The notes: generated by a model from the letters alone, not told the origin. A DNA stretch of 61,880 nucleotides, filler included, from 6 parts of 6 records of this genome joined end to end with filler, not necessarily neighbours in it; one strand, 5' to 3'; shown: positions 46,109-57,016, counted from the first letter of the whole stretch. Made by a program: numbers and translations.

Positions 46109-48334
46109 TTATTTCCAGGCAGCCACCAGATAAATAGATTCGGACATCCATGGAATCTGTTGACCGGCCAGGTTTTCGGTAATATGCCGCCTGATTTGCG
46201 CCACCTCATCCGGAGAAAGTAAGGAGGCCAACCGTTCCTTGTAACTGGGTCTGGCCGGTATTTTTAAATCCCTTTTTACTTCCGGGAACCAGCGGGAAAG
46301 CACAGCATCCGTCACCAGTATTTCAATGGTTGTTTGTTCAGGGTGGAAATGTTTCATGACAAGCCCTGCCCGGTCAAAGGCACGGGTCAGATCGTCTTTG
46401 GTCCAATTCACCATGGGGTCGTCTGAATCCTCATAGATGGCCTCCTCAGCGGCGATCCATTTTTCAAAAAGACTTATTTCCAAGCCTTCTCGGTCCACCA
46501 GATCATAGACCCTTTGACCACCTGCCGGGAACCCTTCAACAATGGAGATCACGCCATCCGGTGCCAGCACCCGGGCCACGGATTTCACCGCTGCACCTTT
46601 ATCATGGAAGGGTAACAGTGCATTACGCCCCACCACCGCATCAAAGAGCACATCCCCCTCCCCTTCAGCGGATACCAGTTCCCTGATCTTTCCCAGTGAA
46701 CCCACCATGATCACCGGGCGATTCATTTCGTCCAGGTTAAGAGCTTGCGCCCGCAGCCCCGAAGCCGATTTTTCATCCCCCACCAGGGACCAGACGCTCC
46801 CTTCGGGCGTACGCCGAAGAGCCTCCCACGTGAGCAGGCCGGTTCCCGCGTTCAGATCCAGCAAAACACCATGACGTTTAATTTCCGCGGCAGCCAGAAT
46901 CCGGTCACGGGCTTCCGCCAGGTTTGTTCCGCCCTGATTAACAGCCCTTTGAAGCCATCGATCCCGAACCCGGTCCTGGGGCGAAAAGGTGAGCACTTCC
47001 GGGGGCGCCACAATCCCCCCTTCAACCATAGCTGCCAGCTGGGCTTCCCGCCGCTGATGGACCGTCAAAGAAATACTTTTTTCGTAACCCTGGCTGGACG
47101 GATGATAGAACACCTTCCCCTGAAGCGTGTCCGGAAGATACTGCTGGGCGGTCCAGTGGTCCCGATAGGCATGGGGATAGAGATACCCTTCACCGTGGCC
47201 GAACCCCTCTTTGTCCCGGTTTGCATCTTTCAGGTGATTGGGAACCTCCCCTTGTCCTTCTTTCTCCACCACGCTGAGGGCGTCAAAAAAGGCCAGGGTC
47301 GAGTTGCTTTTGGGCGCCGTGGCCAGGTAAAGGGCGGCTTCAGCCAGATGAAACCTCCCTTCCGGCAGTCCCACCCGGTCAAAGGCGTCCGCACAGGCCG
47401 TGACCACGCGAACCGCTTCAGGGTCCGCCAATCCTACATCTTCACCCGCCAGGATGAGCATGCGTCGAAACATGAACCGGGGATCTTCACCCGCATAAAC
47501 CATTTTGGCCAGCCAGTAGAGGGCCGCATCCGGATCGGAACCCCGCAACGATTTAATAAAGGCGCTGATGGTATCGTAATGGGCGTCGCCGTCCCGGTCG
47601 TACAGCACCGCCCGCCGTTGAATGCTCTCTTCGGCCACCGCCATATGGACCGAAACGACCCCCCGATCATCGGGCGGTGTGGTCTCCACGGCCAGTTCCA
47701 GGGCGTTCAGCACACTTCTCGCATCGCCGTCCGCCACATTCACCAGGTGGTCCAGGGCATCCGGGTCAACCTGCACCTTCAACATCCCGTACCCCCGTTC
47801 CGGGTCGGCCAGGGCCTGAAGGGCCACGGCACGCAACTCTTCGCGGCCCAGGGGTTCCAGGCGGAAAATGCGGCTGCGGCTCACCAGGGGCGGGTTAACG
47901 GAGAAATAGGGATTTTCAGTGGTGGCGCCCACGAGAATCACCGTGCCGTTTTCAACCCATGGCAACAGAGCGTCCTGCTGGGCCTTGTTCCACCGATGAA
48001 TTTCATCCACAAACAGGATCGTCTTTCGGTCATTTTCATCCCGGTGTTTTCGTGCGTCCGAGATGGCCGCACGAAGGTCTTTGACTCCGGCCAAAACGGC
48101 ATTTAAAGGGATGAAACGGCTGCGGGTGGTGTTGGCGATAACCATGGCCAGGGTGGTTTTTCCGGTTCCCGGAGGGCCGTGAAAGATGATGGAGGAGAGC
48201 TGATCGGCTGAAATGGCGCGCCGCAACAAGCGGCCCGGGGCCGCCATGTGCGCCTGACCCACAAATTCATCCAGGGTCCTGGGCCGCATGCGCGCGGCAA
48301 GAGGGGAAGCCTTTTGTGAATTCCGACGATTCAT
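46109..48334 (-). CDS. rarA: Replication-associated recombination protein RarA fused to a C-terminal methyltransferase-like domain
   Basis: PLAARMRP, GPPGTGKTT, VDEIHRWNKAQQD, GATTENP, HYDTISAFIKS and APKSNS; C-terminal LLDLNAGTGLL. Confidence 0.9.
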   Translation of the reverse strand: MNRRNSQKASPLAARMRPRTLDEFVGQAHMAAPGRLLRRAISADQLSSIIFHGPPGTGKTTLAMVIANTTRSRFIPLNAVLAGVKDLRAAISDARKHRDENDRKTILFVDEIHRWNKAQQDALLPWVENGTVILVGATTENPYFSVNPPLVSRSRIFRLEPLGREELRAVALQALADPERGYGMLKVQVDPDALDHLVNVADGDARSVLNALELAVETTPPDDRGVVSVHMAVAEESIQRRAVLYDRDGDAHYDTISAFIKSLRGSDPDAALYWLAKMVYAGEDPRFMFRRMLILAGEDVGLADPEAVRVVTACADAFDRVGLPEGRFHLAEAALYLATAPKSNSTLAFFDALSVVEKEGQGEVPNHLKDANRDKEGFGHGEGYLYPHAYRDHWTAQQYLPDTLQGKVFYHPSSQGYEKSISLTVHQRREAQLAAMVEGGIVAPPEVLTFSPQDRVRDRWLQRAVNQGGTNLAEARDRILAAAEIKRHGVLLDLNAGTGLLTWEALRRTPEGSVWSLVGDEKSASGLRAQALNLDEMNRPVIMVGSLGKIRELVSAEGEGDVLFDAVVGRNALLPFHDKGAAVKSVARVLAPDGVISIVEGFPAGGQRVYDLVDREGLEISLFEKWIAAEEAIYEDSDDPMVNWTKDDLTRAFDRAGLVMKHFHPEQTTIEILVTDAVLSRWFPEVKRDLKIPARPSYKERLASLLSPDEVAQIRRHITENLAGQQIPWMSESIYLVAAWK

Positions 48335-49287
48335 ACGCCGATTTTTTCCGCCGCCAGGACAGCTCGATCCCCGCCGGCCTTTTTGGCTTCGTACATGGCA
48401 AGATCGGCTCTCATTTGAAACCTGTCGGCTTTTTCCCCTCGAACCAGTTGGGCCACACCGATACTCATGGTGACGGGTTTTAATTTCCGGCCCATGTAAG
48501 CCATTTTAAGGGGCCATCGATCCGCAAAAGCGGTCCTGAAGCGATTCATGACCAAACCCGCCTTTTTAAGGTCCGTTTCAACCAGCAAAGCCGCAAACTC
48601 GTCACCCCCGAGCCGAAAAGCATTGTCCGTGGTTCGAAACACCTTTGAGATGCATTCCGCCACAAAGCATAAAATATTATCCCCCTCCATGTGTCCGTAG
48701 GTATCATTGAAGGGTTTGAAATGATCCAGATCAAAAATGGCCAGACTCAATGGGCTTCCATAACGGGAGCATCTCGCCATCTCTTCCATCAAGGTAGAAT
48801 GAAAATGCCGGCGGTTGTAGAGATTCGTCAGGCTGTCCGTAATGGAGCGCTTTTGAAGCTCTTCCTCCATTGCCTTTCTGGCGGTCAGATCATGAAAAAA
48901 CCCCACACTTCCCACTTCAACCGGACCGTTTTTCCATGAAGGTCCGAAAATCAACGCCGCCGACAGGCGTATGGGAATCTTCCGCCCCTCCTCTCCTTTC
49001 ACGGATACTTCAACGCCATCGATCCGTCCCGGACCGCCACAATCGTCCCCGTAAATTTTTTTCTTGATCTCCCTGGCGAGTCCGGGGATATGGTAAACAT
49101 CCTCAATGGTCATCTTGCCGATCACATCTTCGGAGACCAGCCCGGTTAGCTTTTCGGCGGCCGAATTAAAAATGATCACGATCCCCTCACGGTTGACACC
49201 GATAATGCCATCGGGGCACATGAGGACCAGTTTATCCAGAAAATCCTTGCTCGCCATCATATCCATCCTTTGTTGCTCCAGTTCCAT
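48331..49287 (-). CDS. PAS-GGDEF diguanylate cyclase
   Basis: PAS domain (FNSAAEKLTG); TDSLTNLYNRR, DLDHFKPFNDTYGH and RLGGDEF. Confidence 0.92.
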   Translation of the reverse strand: MELEQQRMDMMASKDFLDKLVLMCPDGIIGVNREGIVIIFNSAAEKLTGLVSEDVIGKMTIEDVYHIPGLAREIKKKIYGDDCGGPGRIDGVEVSVKGEEGRKIPIRLSAALIFGPSWKNGPVEVGSVGFFHDLTARKAMEEELQKRSITDSLTNLYNRRHFHSTLMEEMARCSRYGSPLSLAIFDLDHFKPFNDTYGHMEGDNILCFVAECISKVFRTTDNAFRLGGDEFAALLVETDLKKAGLVMNRFRTAFADRWPLKMAYMGRKLKPVTMSIGVAQLVRGEKADRFQMRADLAMYEAKKAGGDRAVLAAEKIGV

Positions 49288-49329
49288 AAATGATCACCTT
49301 TTAAAAAAGCCGCCCGTATAATTAAGGGT

Positions 49330-49710
49330 TCAATCGTTCACGGTTTTCACGGAAGGAAAGAGAGACCGGTCCGTGTGGGGGAGAAATTTCGCCGCGCTGA
49401 AAAGGTTCATAAACGCCTGGTTGACATTCAGTTCCAGGTAGGTAATCCGGTCCCGAATTTGAAAGAGTGATTCTTGGGCATCCACCCCCAGGAGGGCCAT
49501 GGTCGCTCCCGTAAGGGACGTATTGCCCAGGGAAACGTAGGTTTCGAGGGGCAGGTCGGGAATCATTCCGATGTTGATGGCGGACCGGGGATTGATATAG
49601 CTCCCGAAGGTGCCGGCCACAAAAAACCGGCTCAGATCTTGAAATGCAATGTTCACGGTTTTGCTGATGGTGGTTAAAATGGTGTACATGGCGGCCTTGG
49701 AGCGGATCAG
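49330..49710 (-). CDS. ASKHA-family reductive activator of corrinoid proteins (RACo/DUF4445), C-terminal part (5' truncated)
   Basis: LIRSKAAMY, VAGTFGSYI, GMIPDLP, GNTSLTGA and FLPHTD. Confidence 0.85.
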   Translation of the reverse strand: MIRSKAAMYTILTTISKTVNIAFQDLSRFFVAGTFGSYINPRSAINIGMIPDLPLETYVSLGNTSLTGATMALLGVDAQESLFQIRDRITYLELNVNQAFMNLFSAAKFLPHTDRSLFPSVKTVND

Positions 49711-49711
49711 G

Positions 49712-49811
49712 NNNNNNNNNNNNNNNNNNNNNNNNNNNNNNNNNNNNNNNNNNNNTTAATTAATTAANNNNNNNNNNNNNNNNNNNNNNNNNNNNNNNNN
49801 NNNNNNNNNNN
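49712..49811. other. Artificial contig spacer
   Basis: Ns + TTAATTAATTAA + Ns. Confidence 0.98.
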
Positions 49812-49812
49812 A

Positions 49813-50133
49813 GCTTTCCCTACTTGGTTAGCACCTACTCAGGTTAAAATCTTAACTCTTAATGATGATGTAATTCCATACTCTAAAGAGCTGGTATCGA
49901 AATTAGAAGATATGGATATCGGAGTAGAACTTGATGCTAGAGCAGAAAAAATAGGATATAAGATAAGAGAAGCAAATGCTAAACAAAAAATTCCTGTTCA
50001 ACTTATCATAGGTAAGCAAGAAGTTGAAAATGGAGAAGTAAATGTTAGAAGATTTGGTTCAAAAGATCAAGTAACTATGAAATTAGAAGATTTTTATGCA
50101 ATGATTCAAGAAGAAGCACAAGTAAAATTCTAA
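49813..50133 (+). CDS. thrS: Threonyl-tRNA synthetase, anticodon-binding C-terminus (5' truncated)
   Basis: AFPTWLAPTQV...EKIGYKIREA...KIP..LIIGKQE...VNVRR. Confidence 0.92.
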   Translation, partial: AFPTWLAPTQVKILTLNDDVIPYSKELVSKLEDMDIGVELDARAEKIGYKIREANAKQKIPVQLIIGKQEVENGEVNVRRFGSKDQVTMKLEDFYAMIQEEAQVKF

Positions 50134-50151
50134 TAACTTAAAATAAATATG

Positions 50152-50182
50152 AAAAGTCCTTCGATTATGAAGGGCTTTTTTT
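50152..50182 (+). terminator. thrS terminator
   Basis: AAAAGTCCTTC/GAAGGGCTTTT stem plus T-tract. Confidence 0.8.
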
Positions 50183-50457
50183 ATGTATTAGGAAAGTTTA
50201 AACTTATAAATTTAAAAATAAAAAAATGCTTTATAGTTTCTTAATTGTTTTTATCAGAAAATATAGACTCTTAATTAGGATTCATTTTATGTTAAAGTAA
50301 CATTTTTTAAAAGACATTTTAATTTTAATTTAAGATAATCAAAAAAAGTAAGTCTAAAAAAAGTTGTATAAATGACGATACTTGTGGTAATATGATGGCA
50401 AGAAAAATTCAGAAATAGATTTTCGGTCCTGAAAATAAACAGAAGGGATAAAAAATT

Positions 50458-51642
50458 ATGATAGCTAAGAGGTATCTGCTAATAAGTTTGTTCCTGATAA
50501 TATCAGTTCAGCTTAGAAGTATGAATATAGAATTGAAGCAAAATATTATTTATAACTCAACTGATATAAATATCAAAGCTAAAGAGTATAAAATTTCAAA
50601 TGATAGTTTTGTTTTAAAATATATAGATGGTGAGAGTATAGTTGATGATTATAAAATAAAGCCTCAACTTTATATGTTGGGAACGAAATATTATGAAGCT
50701 TCGTATTTTAAGTTAGATTTGAAATCTGAAGAATTTAATTATGATGATGAAAAGATAATTTTTCAGGAAAATAAATTTGATTTCTTACAACATAAGTTTA
50801 TAGTTCCGTTTCAAGATTATAAATTTGTATTTAACTATGGAATGAGTAGAGATTATGATTATTTGTTTAACTCTGATATTGGAGATTTAGAAATATCTAA
50901 TTTGAAATTAAATAATCTGGGTTATGAAGTCAAAAAAGGAAGTTTTGGAATAGGTTACGACAGCTATGATGTGAAAAGTAATTTTATTTTAAATGACACT
51001 ACTGAAATTGGTAATTTGAATGGGAAATGGAATAGTTATTATTTATCATATGAGAATTTTAAACTTTCATATAGAGATATAACTTTCGACTCAGAATTAA
51101 CAATTGATCCAGACAGTGCCTTTTTTATTTCTGCTTTAAGCGATGAATTTATTTATGGAGATATAAGTTTAGATATTCAAAATTATGATTTAGAGTATCG
51201 GTATACAAAAAAGTTTAAAAATTCAAAATTTAAGATAAAAAATAACTTTGGTGTAATAATAGATAATAATTCAGAATTATTACTTACAAGAGAAATATAT
51301 GAGATTGGTTTTAATATACTATTATTTCAAATAAGAAGAAAGGTAGGTGAAGTTCATCAAGGATATGAGTTGGAAGAATCAAAAATATTTTATAATTTAC
51401 TAAATTTAAATTATGAAAGGAGTTTTGGAAACTTAACATTGGGTGTGGAAAAAATAATACCAATTGTTTTTAATTTTGATTATTCTGAAATTGATGTTGA
51501 TACTCGAGAAGAGGATGAAGAAGTAGATGAGACTTTAAATGATGAAAATAGAGAAAAAGAGAGAGAATTTAGTTTAGCAAAAGTAGATTGGGAGGAAGTC
51601 ATATTGTCTGGATTATCTGTTTATGTTAGATATACTTTTTAG
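50458..51642 (+). CDS. Putative outer-membrane beta-barrel protein (paralog 1)
   Basis: Signal peptide; Tyr/Phe-rich amphipathic strands; C-terminal beta-signal SVYVRYTF; similar to 59399-60559. Confidence 0.6.
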   Translation: MIAKRYLLISLFLIISVQLRSMNIELKQNIIYNSTDINIKAKEYKISNDSFVLKYIDGESIVDDYKIKPQLYMLGTKYYEASYFKLDLKSEEFNYDDEKIIFQENKFDFLQHKFIVPFQDYKFVFNYGMSRDYDYLFNSDIGDLEISNLKLNNLGYEVKKGSFGIGYDSYDVKSNFILNDTTEIGNLNGKWNSYYLSYENFKLSYRDITFDSELTIDPDSAFFISALSDEFIYGDISLDIQNYDLEYRYTKKFKNSKFKIKNNFGVIIDNNSELLLTREIYEIGFNILLFQIRRKVGEVHQGYELEESKIFYNLLNLNYERSFGNLTLGVEKIIPIVFNFDYSEIDVDTREEDEEVDETLNDENREKEREFSLAKVDWEEVILSGLSVYVRYTF

Positions 51643-51702
51643 GGATCACAATTTATTTTTAACTATTAAAAAATGTTTTCAGGGTTTGAGGAGGAGAAAA
51701 AA

Positions 51703-54700
51703 ATGAGGAAGAAAAAATATTTTTCAATTGGAATTTTAGTTATATTGTCTGTTTTTCTAACGGCATGTTTTGGAGAGGATAAGAGTTCGGATTCAGCGTC
51801 GCCAACAACAATAAATACAACTGTTGAAACGAATTATTTAAGTATTTCCGGTGACTTAACAGCAAGTGATGTAAGCGGTTCGGTAAGTACAGTTGAAAAA
51901 TCTGTTGCTAAAGCGGCAGAAGATGTAGCTAATGGAGTAGAAGTAGATGGTGTAAAATACTATTATGTTTTAGCACTTAGTTCAGATGGACTCGTAGAGG
52001 AAAAAGCTGTGATTAATTTAGATGGAACATTTGAGTTTGAAACTTTAGTTCCCGGAAAAACATATATATTTAGTTTTCTTGATAAATATGGAATGGAATT
52101 GAATGAGATGGTTTTCTCTGATGATGGAAATGAAAGTGATGATGATGCAGCTACTTTTGATACAGATGTTGATTTGGGGAATTTAACTATTCCTGTTGAA
52201 GGAGAAAAGTTTGTAGTAACTGTAACTGAAATTACGAAACCAGATGGAACAAATCTTGATAGTGAAATTGAAAAACAAGCGAAAGAAGAAGTGACTGATT
52301 ATAACGGAGAAGAGATAGTTGCTAAAAAAATAGAGGCGATCAAAGAAACTCTTGAAGAAGAGGAACTAGGAGAAATAACAGAAGAGGGAAAAATAATTAT
52401 AACAGAAGAGATAGCAGAAGGTGTAAACTCTGAGATTGAGTATGAATTAGGAGAAGCTGATGAAACGGGAGAATTAAAAGTAAGTGCTCCACAAACATAT
52501 ATTGTTGATGAAAATGCCGGAGTGAAAACTCCAATCTCATTAATGGATGATTCAACAGATAGTGATACTGATGGTGAGGAGACGTTTGATCCTAAAGATT
52601 TAGCTCAACTTGTAGCTCAGTTACAGGCAACAATAGAGCAATTGAAAGAAAATGCTGCAAGTCTGGAATCAGCAGATGATATAGCTAATTCAGCTCAAGA
52701 AACACTGAATACAAACGTTGAAACAATAAAAAGTGAGATAGAGGAAAATCTGAATATCACAATAGTTGTTGTGGCTCAACCAAAAGTTGAAGTGATTAGT
52801 GACCCGGGTGCTGAGTATTTTGAATTTAAAGTTGAAACAATTAATAATGAAGACTACTTAAAGAAAGTATCCAGAATAAATGTAGATGATACAGAAGGAA
52901 GTAAAATAGTTTATATTTTAGATGTGTCAGACACAGAAACTGCTTTAAGTCATAGTAGCTTTGATTTTAATGAAAATGACATTATTGAAAATACAGAAAA
53001 TGAAGGTCAAGCTCTTATTAGTGCATTAGAAGGGAATAGTAGTGACTTAATCTTAGTAAAAAATACATATGCAAATTATAAGTTAACAAGTAAAACTGTA
53101 AATGAAATCACGGCAGAGGATTATGATAAAGAAACAAAAGTAACAGTTGAAGTATCTTACTCTGATGGAACTAGAGTACAAAAAACAGAATCTGTTAATG
53201 GTGAAGTGCAATTCACATATATTTATGTAAGTGATGGGAAATCATATAATAAGTATGAAGGTAGTGACACGAACGCTCAGGCAATTAGAACAGTGACGTT
53301 TAATAGATTTGGTAAAAAAGAAAGAGAAGCAGCTTATTATTCTAATGGAACAATAAAAGAAATTAAAACTTATAAACACGATGGAGTAGCAAGTGAAGAA
53401 AGATATAATGAAGATGGTTATATTACTTATTGGAATAACGGGGATATGATTAGAGAATACTCTGATTATTCTGAAGAAAACGGAGTAATAACAAGAACAG
53501 TTTCAGTAAATGGTGTAAGTAGTGGAGAAGAAAGTATTTATAAAACATTGTTAGCCTCTGAAGTAAATACTTATGGAGGATCCGTATTTTATATCACAGA
53601 AGCAGAATATGATAAACTAGTTATTAATTATAACTTAAATGTAGATATTACAGAAGTAGATACAGTAACAGCAGACGGCCTGAAACTAAGATATAATGAT
53701 GATTTAACGTCTAATCTAGGACTATTAGAAGTAACAACAGATTTATCGTCAGGAACAATTATAACAACAGAAACATCTCCTGTAACGATAACAGTAACGG
53801 ATTTATTGGCAGGTTTAACAGTAACGACTGATTCAGTAATAGTTATTTCAAAATCAGTTCAGCAAGAAATTTCAGCTAACTACGAGTATGAAACTTCAAA
53901 CGATAATATGCTTATTGATATTAGTATTGGGTTTAAGCATACTACAGTAGACGGTTCTGTTGTATTAAAAGAATTTGAAGAAGCTAAGACTTATACTATA
54001 GTTGAGAGAACAACAGATGAAAAAGTAGTGTATTGGAATATGTTAGCTTCAGATTTTAATATAAATATTTCAACAATCGAAGAGTTTTATAACGCAATAG
54101 AAACTGCAAAATCAAAAAGTAACAGTGAGGCTATGAATAGCTTCTTTCAAGCAATTTTAAATACTGAACAGGTTGAAGCCGGATTAAGAGAAAAATTATT
54201 AGGAAAAATGGGAACAGGAGTTTTAAGCAACGATTATGAAGTATATGATTATGCAGATCAACTTGAGTATACATCAGGAGATATATCAGGGCTTGTTAAG
54301 GAGGAACTTATAACAACACTTGAGATAATTGCTGATGCACTTGAAGATGCATATAAAGCAAATGAAACTGTTGTATTTTCTAAAGAGATGACAGATGGTT
54401 ATAATGTTAGATTTACTCCGGCTCACTTTAAAGCTATGAGTGGAATCTGGAAAACTTATCTATCCACTGTTTACTTATTATCATCATACAGTTTTGAGAG
54501 TCAGGAAGATTTAGATAAATTCTCAAATTTAATGGAAAACTTTGATGAACTATATGTTGAAGAAAATTATCCAACAATTGCAGAGTTTCTTGAGGCTCAA
54601 TTTGAAAATATATCAACTTTAGATGTAGATGAAGAAAGACAGGCAATTGCATTAAAATATGCTAAAGAGGGTATGGCAGAAGCGGTAGAAGCAGTTTCGG

Positions 54701-56832
54701 ATTTACCAATTGATGATTCGGATAAAACTATAAACAGTTCAAATATGTTAACAATAACGTCAAAAGATCAAGAGGAGATTCTGGAAATATTTAACTATAT
54801 TAGAAACGCTTTAAACGGACCAACAACAGTTTCGGTAGATAGTTCAGAAACAATTACAATTGATTTGTCAGCACTATATTCTTTCAATATCAAGAAGTTT
54901 ATGCTTGAAGTAACAACTGATGTATCTGGTTCAAATGATATGGCAGAAGTTGAAATGAAAATGAATCTTTATAAATCAACTTTAGGAGGAATTTTCCCTA
55001 ATGGATTACCTGAAGAGTTGAAAGACGAATTATCCGGTAGAGTAGAATATGAGGAAAGATGGACAACAAATGAAGATGGACACTGGTATTGGTTCAGAAT
55101 CAAAATAGTGAGAGAAGTAGATGAAGACTGGAAATTACTAAGTGCTGTTGTCTATAACGAAAAAACAGGAGAAATAATTGAGGAGTATGAGTATACTTAT
55201 ACCGGAGATTATTTAACTAAAATAGAAGTGTATAAAGATGGTAAAGCAACGGGAGAATATAAAGAGTACAGGCCGGTTTCAATTCAACCTGATTGGGATA
55301 ATTTAAGCAAAGAAGTTGTTCATAGAAATTGGTATGATTATCATAATCAAAATTCAATAGAAGCTGTTTATACCACTGAGTTTAGAGAGAATGGTAATGT
55401 TGAGAGTGAAACAGTTACTTCTCTTGAAACAGGTGAATTATTAGAAAAAAATATCTATAAAGACAGTGATGAAGATGATTGGTGGGAAAAAATACTAACA
55501 AATTCAAGATTAGGTTATGAATCTACAAATAATAACAGTGGAACTAGTGAAAAAATAAAAGTTTGGAGAGTACATTCAGATCCATTTAGATATTATCACT
55601 CTGGTGATAATAGATGGGATACTCAATTTGAAATAATGGAAACATATGAATATGGGACTACAAATTTGATAGAAAAAAGAGAAACTATCTATTATTCAAA
55701 TGGAACTAAAAAACAGGATACAAGATATGATTCAGATGGAAGTATTAAAGAAATAATTTATTATAATGAAGGAGAAGAAGCGTATTATCATAATGATTGG
55801 GATTATGTATACCAATATGAACATGTGAGTTATGGAACATATAATAGCTCTGGAGATGAAGAAAAAGTATGGATAGTTCAATCGGATTATATTAGTTTCT
55901 GGAACTCTGAGTATGACTATCAGCAGAATAAAGCTCTTTATGTAGAATATTACTATTATGATGAATCAGCAACTGATAACAGAGGTGAACTTTTTAAAAT
56001 TGAAGAATATATAGTTGAAGATAATCAAGTAGTTAAAAGAATTGAAAAAGATGCTAACGGAGATGAAGTTTATATTGATTATTATACTTCGTCAGATGAT
56101 AGCAACTATCATTATGATTTTAAAGAAGATGGCTATGTTCATCATTATACTGATAAATTCGATGAACCACATACAGAAATAAAATTATCAGGTGAAACAA
56201 TAATAAGATACTATAAAGAGCATATATTTGAGCATGATGAAGATCTTTTTATAGGAGAAATTGTAAAAGATGAGTATGGAAATCATGCATCAGAATGGTG
56301 GAAAAGTTATGAGGATACGGGGGATTACACAGACAATAATGAACACCACGATGATGATAATTATAATGATGGTTATGCAAATGTATTTGATTGGTTGGAT
56401 TTAGCTGTTGATTTTGATAATATTTCAAGTTCTGAAATAACTATTGGTGCAAGTAATTTACTTCAAGTTGATTTTTATGGCTCAGGTACTGTGACTTATC
56501 CGGGAGAGGAAACGTTAACTCTTTTATCTATATTATTTGAATCTGGTTATGATTCATTTGATGATGATGATTATCAAAATGATATCTATAAAATATTAGC
56601 TAAAATGGAAAAAGATGGTGAAACAAGATATATAATTTTAACTATTCCTAGAGATGGGACTCATAGAGAAGATTATTTTGGAGAAAATCCATTGAATACC
56701 TATGACGGTTGGGAATCAGAATCAGATATATTTGAAGTGAAAGCAGGAATTGATTTTAATTCACCAACAATAGAAAAAGGATATTTTGATGAGACGGGAA
56801 ATTATCATCATGTAACATATCCTACAGTTTAA
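51703..56832 (+). CDS. Giant acidic lipoprotein (~1709 aa) with MORN-like repeats
   Basis: GAGGAG RBS + ATG at 51703; lipobox LTAC; Asp/Glu-rich; YYSNGT.K..YD/YK..G repeats; two domains shared with 57017-59311. Confidence 0.75.
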   Translation: MRKKKYFSIGILVILSVFLTACFGEDKSSDSASPTTINTTVETNYLSISGDLTASDVSGSVSTVEKSVAKAAEDVANGVEVDGVKYYYVLALSSDGLVEEKAVINLDGTFEFETLVPGKTYIFSFLDKYGMELNEMVFSDDGNESDDDAATFDTDVDLGNLTIPVEGEKFVVTVTEITKPDGTNLDSEIEKQAKEEVTDYNGEEIVAKKIEAIKETLEEEELGEITEEGKIIITEEIAEGVNSEIEYELGEADETGELKVSAPQTYIVDENAGVKTPISLMDDSTDSDTDGEETFDPKDLAQLVAQLQATIEQLKENAASLESADDIANSAQETLNTNVETIKSEIEENLNITIVVVAQPKVEVISDPGAEYFEFKVETINNEDYLKKVSRINVDDTEGSKIVYILDVSDTETALSHSSFDFNENDIIENTENEGQALISALEGNSSDLILVKNTYANYKLTSKTVNEITAEDYDKETKVTVEVSYSDGTRVQKTESVNGEVQFTYIYVSDGKSYNKYEGSDTNAQAIRTVTFNRFGKKEREAAYYSNGTIKEIKTYKHDGVASEERYNEDGYITYWNNGDMIREYSDYSEENGVITRTVSVNGVSSGEESIYKTLLASEVNTYGGSVFYITEAEYDKLVINYNLNVDITEVDTVTADGLKLRYNDDLTSNLGLLEVTTDLSSGTIITTETSPVTITVTDLLAGLTVTTDSVIVISKSVQQEISANYEYETSNDNMLIDISIGFKHTTVDGSVVLKEFEEAKTYTIVERTTDEKVVYWNMLASDFNINISTIEEFYNAIETAKSKSNSEAMNSFFQAILNTEQVEAGLREKLLGKMGTGVLSNDYEVYDYADQLEYTSGDISGLVKEELITTLEIIADALEDAYKANETVVFSKEMTDGYNVRFTPAHFKAMSGIWKTYLSTVYLLSSYSFESQEDLDKFSNLMENFDELYVEENYPTIAEFLEAQFENISTLDVDEERQAIALKYAKEGMAEAVEAVSDLPIDDSDKTINSSNMLTITSKDQEEILEIFNYIRNALNGPTTVSVDSSETITIDLSALYSFNIKKFMLEVTTDVSGSNDMAEVEMKMNLYKSTLGGIFPNGLPEELKDELSGRVEYEERWTTNEDGHWYWFRIKIVREVDEDWKLLSAVVYNEKTGEIIEEYEYTYTGDYLTKIEVYKDGKATGEYKEYRPVSIQPDWDNLSKEVVHRNWYDYHNQNSIEAVYTTEFRENGNVESETVTSLETGELLEKNIYKDSDEDDWWEKILTNSRLGYESTNNNSGTSEKIKVWRVHSDPFRYYHSGDNRWDTQFEIMETYEYGTTNLIEKRETIYYSNGTKKQDTRYDSDGSIKEIIYYNEGEEAYYHNDWDYVYQYEHVSYGTYNSSGDEEKVWIVQSDYISFWNSEYDYQQNKALYVEYYYYDESATDNRGELFKIEEYIVEDNQVVKRIEKDANGDEVYIDYYTSSDDSNYHYDFKEDGYVHHYTDKFDEPHTEIKLSGETIIRYYKEHIFEHDEDLFIGEIVKDEYGNHASEWWKSYEDTGDYTDNNEHHDDDNYNDGYANVFDWLDLAVDFDNISSSEITIGASNLLQVDFYGSGTVTYPGEETLTLLSILFESGYDSFDDDDYQNDIYKILAKMEKDGETRYIILTIPRDGTHREDYFGENPLNTYDGWESESDIFEVKAGIDFNSPTIEKGYFDETGNYHHVTYPTV

Positions 56833-56862
56833 AATAAAAATGATATATTATTAAAATAGGAG

Positions 56863-56900
56863 AGGCTATAGCTTGATTAATATTAGGTTATAGCCTTTTT
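56863..56900 (+). terminator. Intrinsic terminator
   Basis: AGGCTATAGC/GTTATAGCCT stem plus T-tract. Confidence 0.65.
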
Positions 56901-57016
56901 AGTTATTAAAATAAATATGTAAAAAAGGTGAAAACGATACTTATATGTGGTAATATTGAATAGGGAATATAGGGAACATAAAAGAGTTTAAATTTATAGT
57001 ATTTACTAGGAGGGAT

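Noticed and set aside
46745-48106. 453-aa plus-strand ORF and other overlapping ORFs in the GC-richer contig
   Set aside because: Antisense shadows of rarA, EamA, lnt and GGDEF genes, expected at higher GC; no motifs.
51703-56832. Giant protein as an RHS/polymorphic toxin
   Set aside because: No RHS core (PxxxxDPxG), no recognisable toxin tip, no small immunity gene downstream; it has a lipobox and is followed by a terminator.
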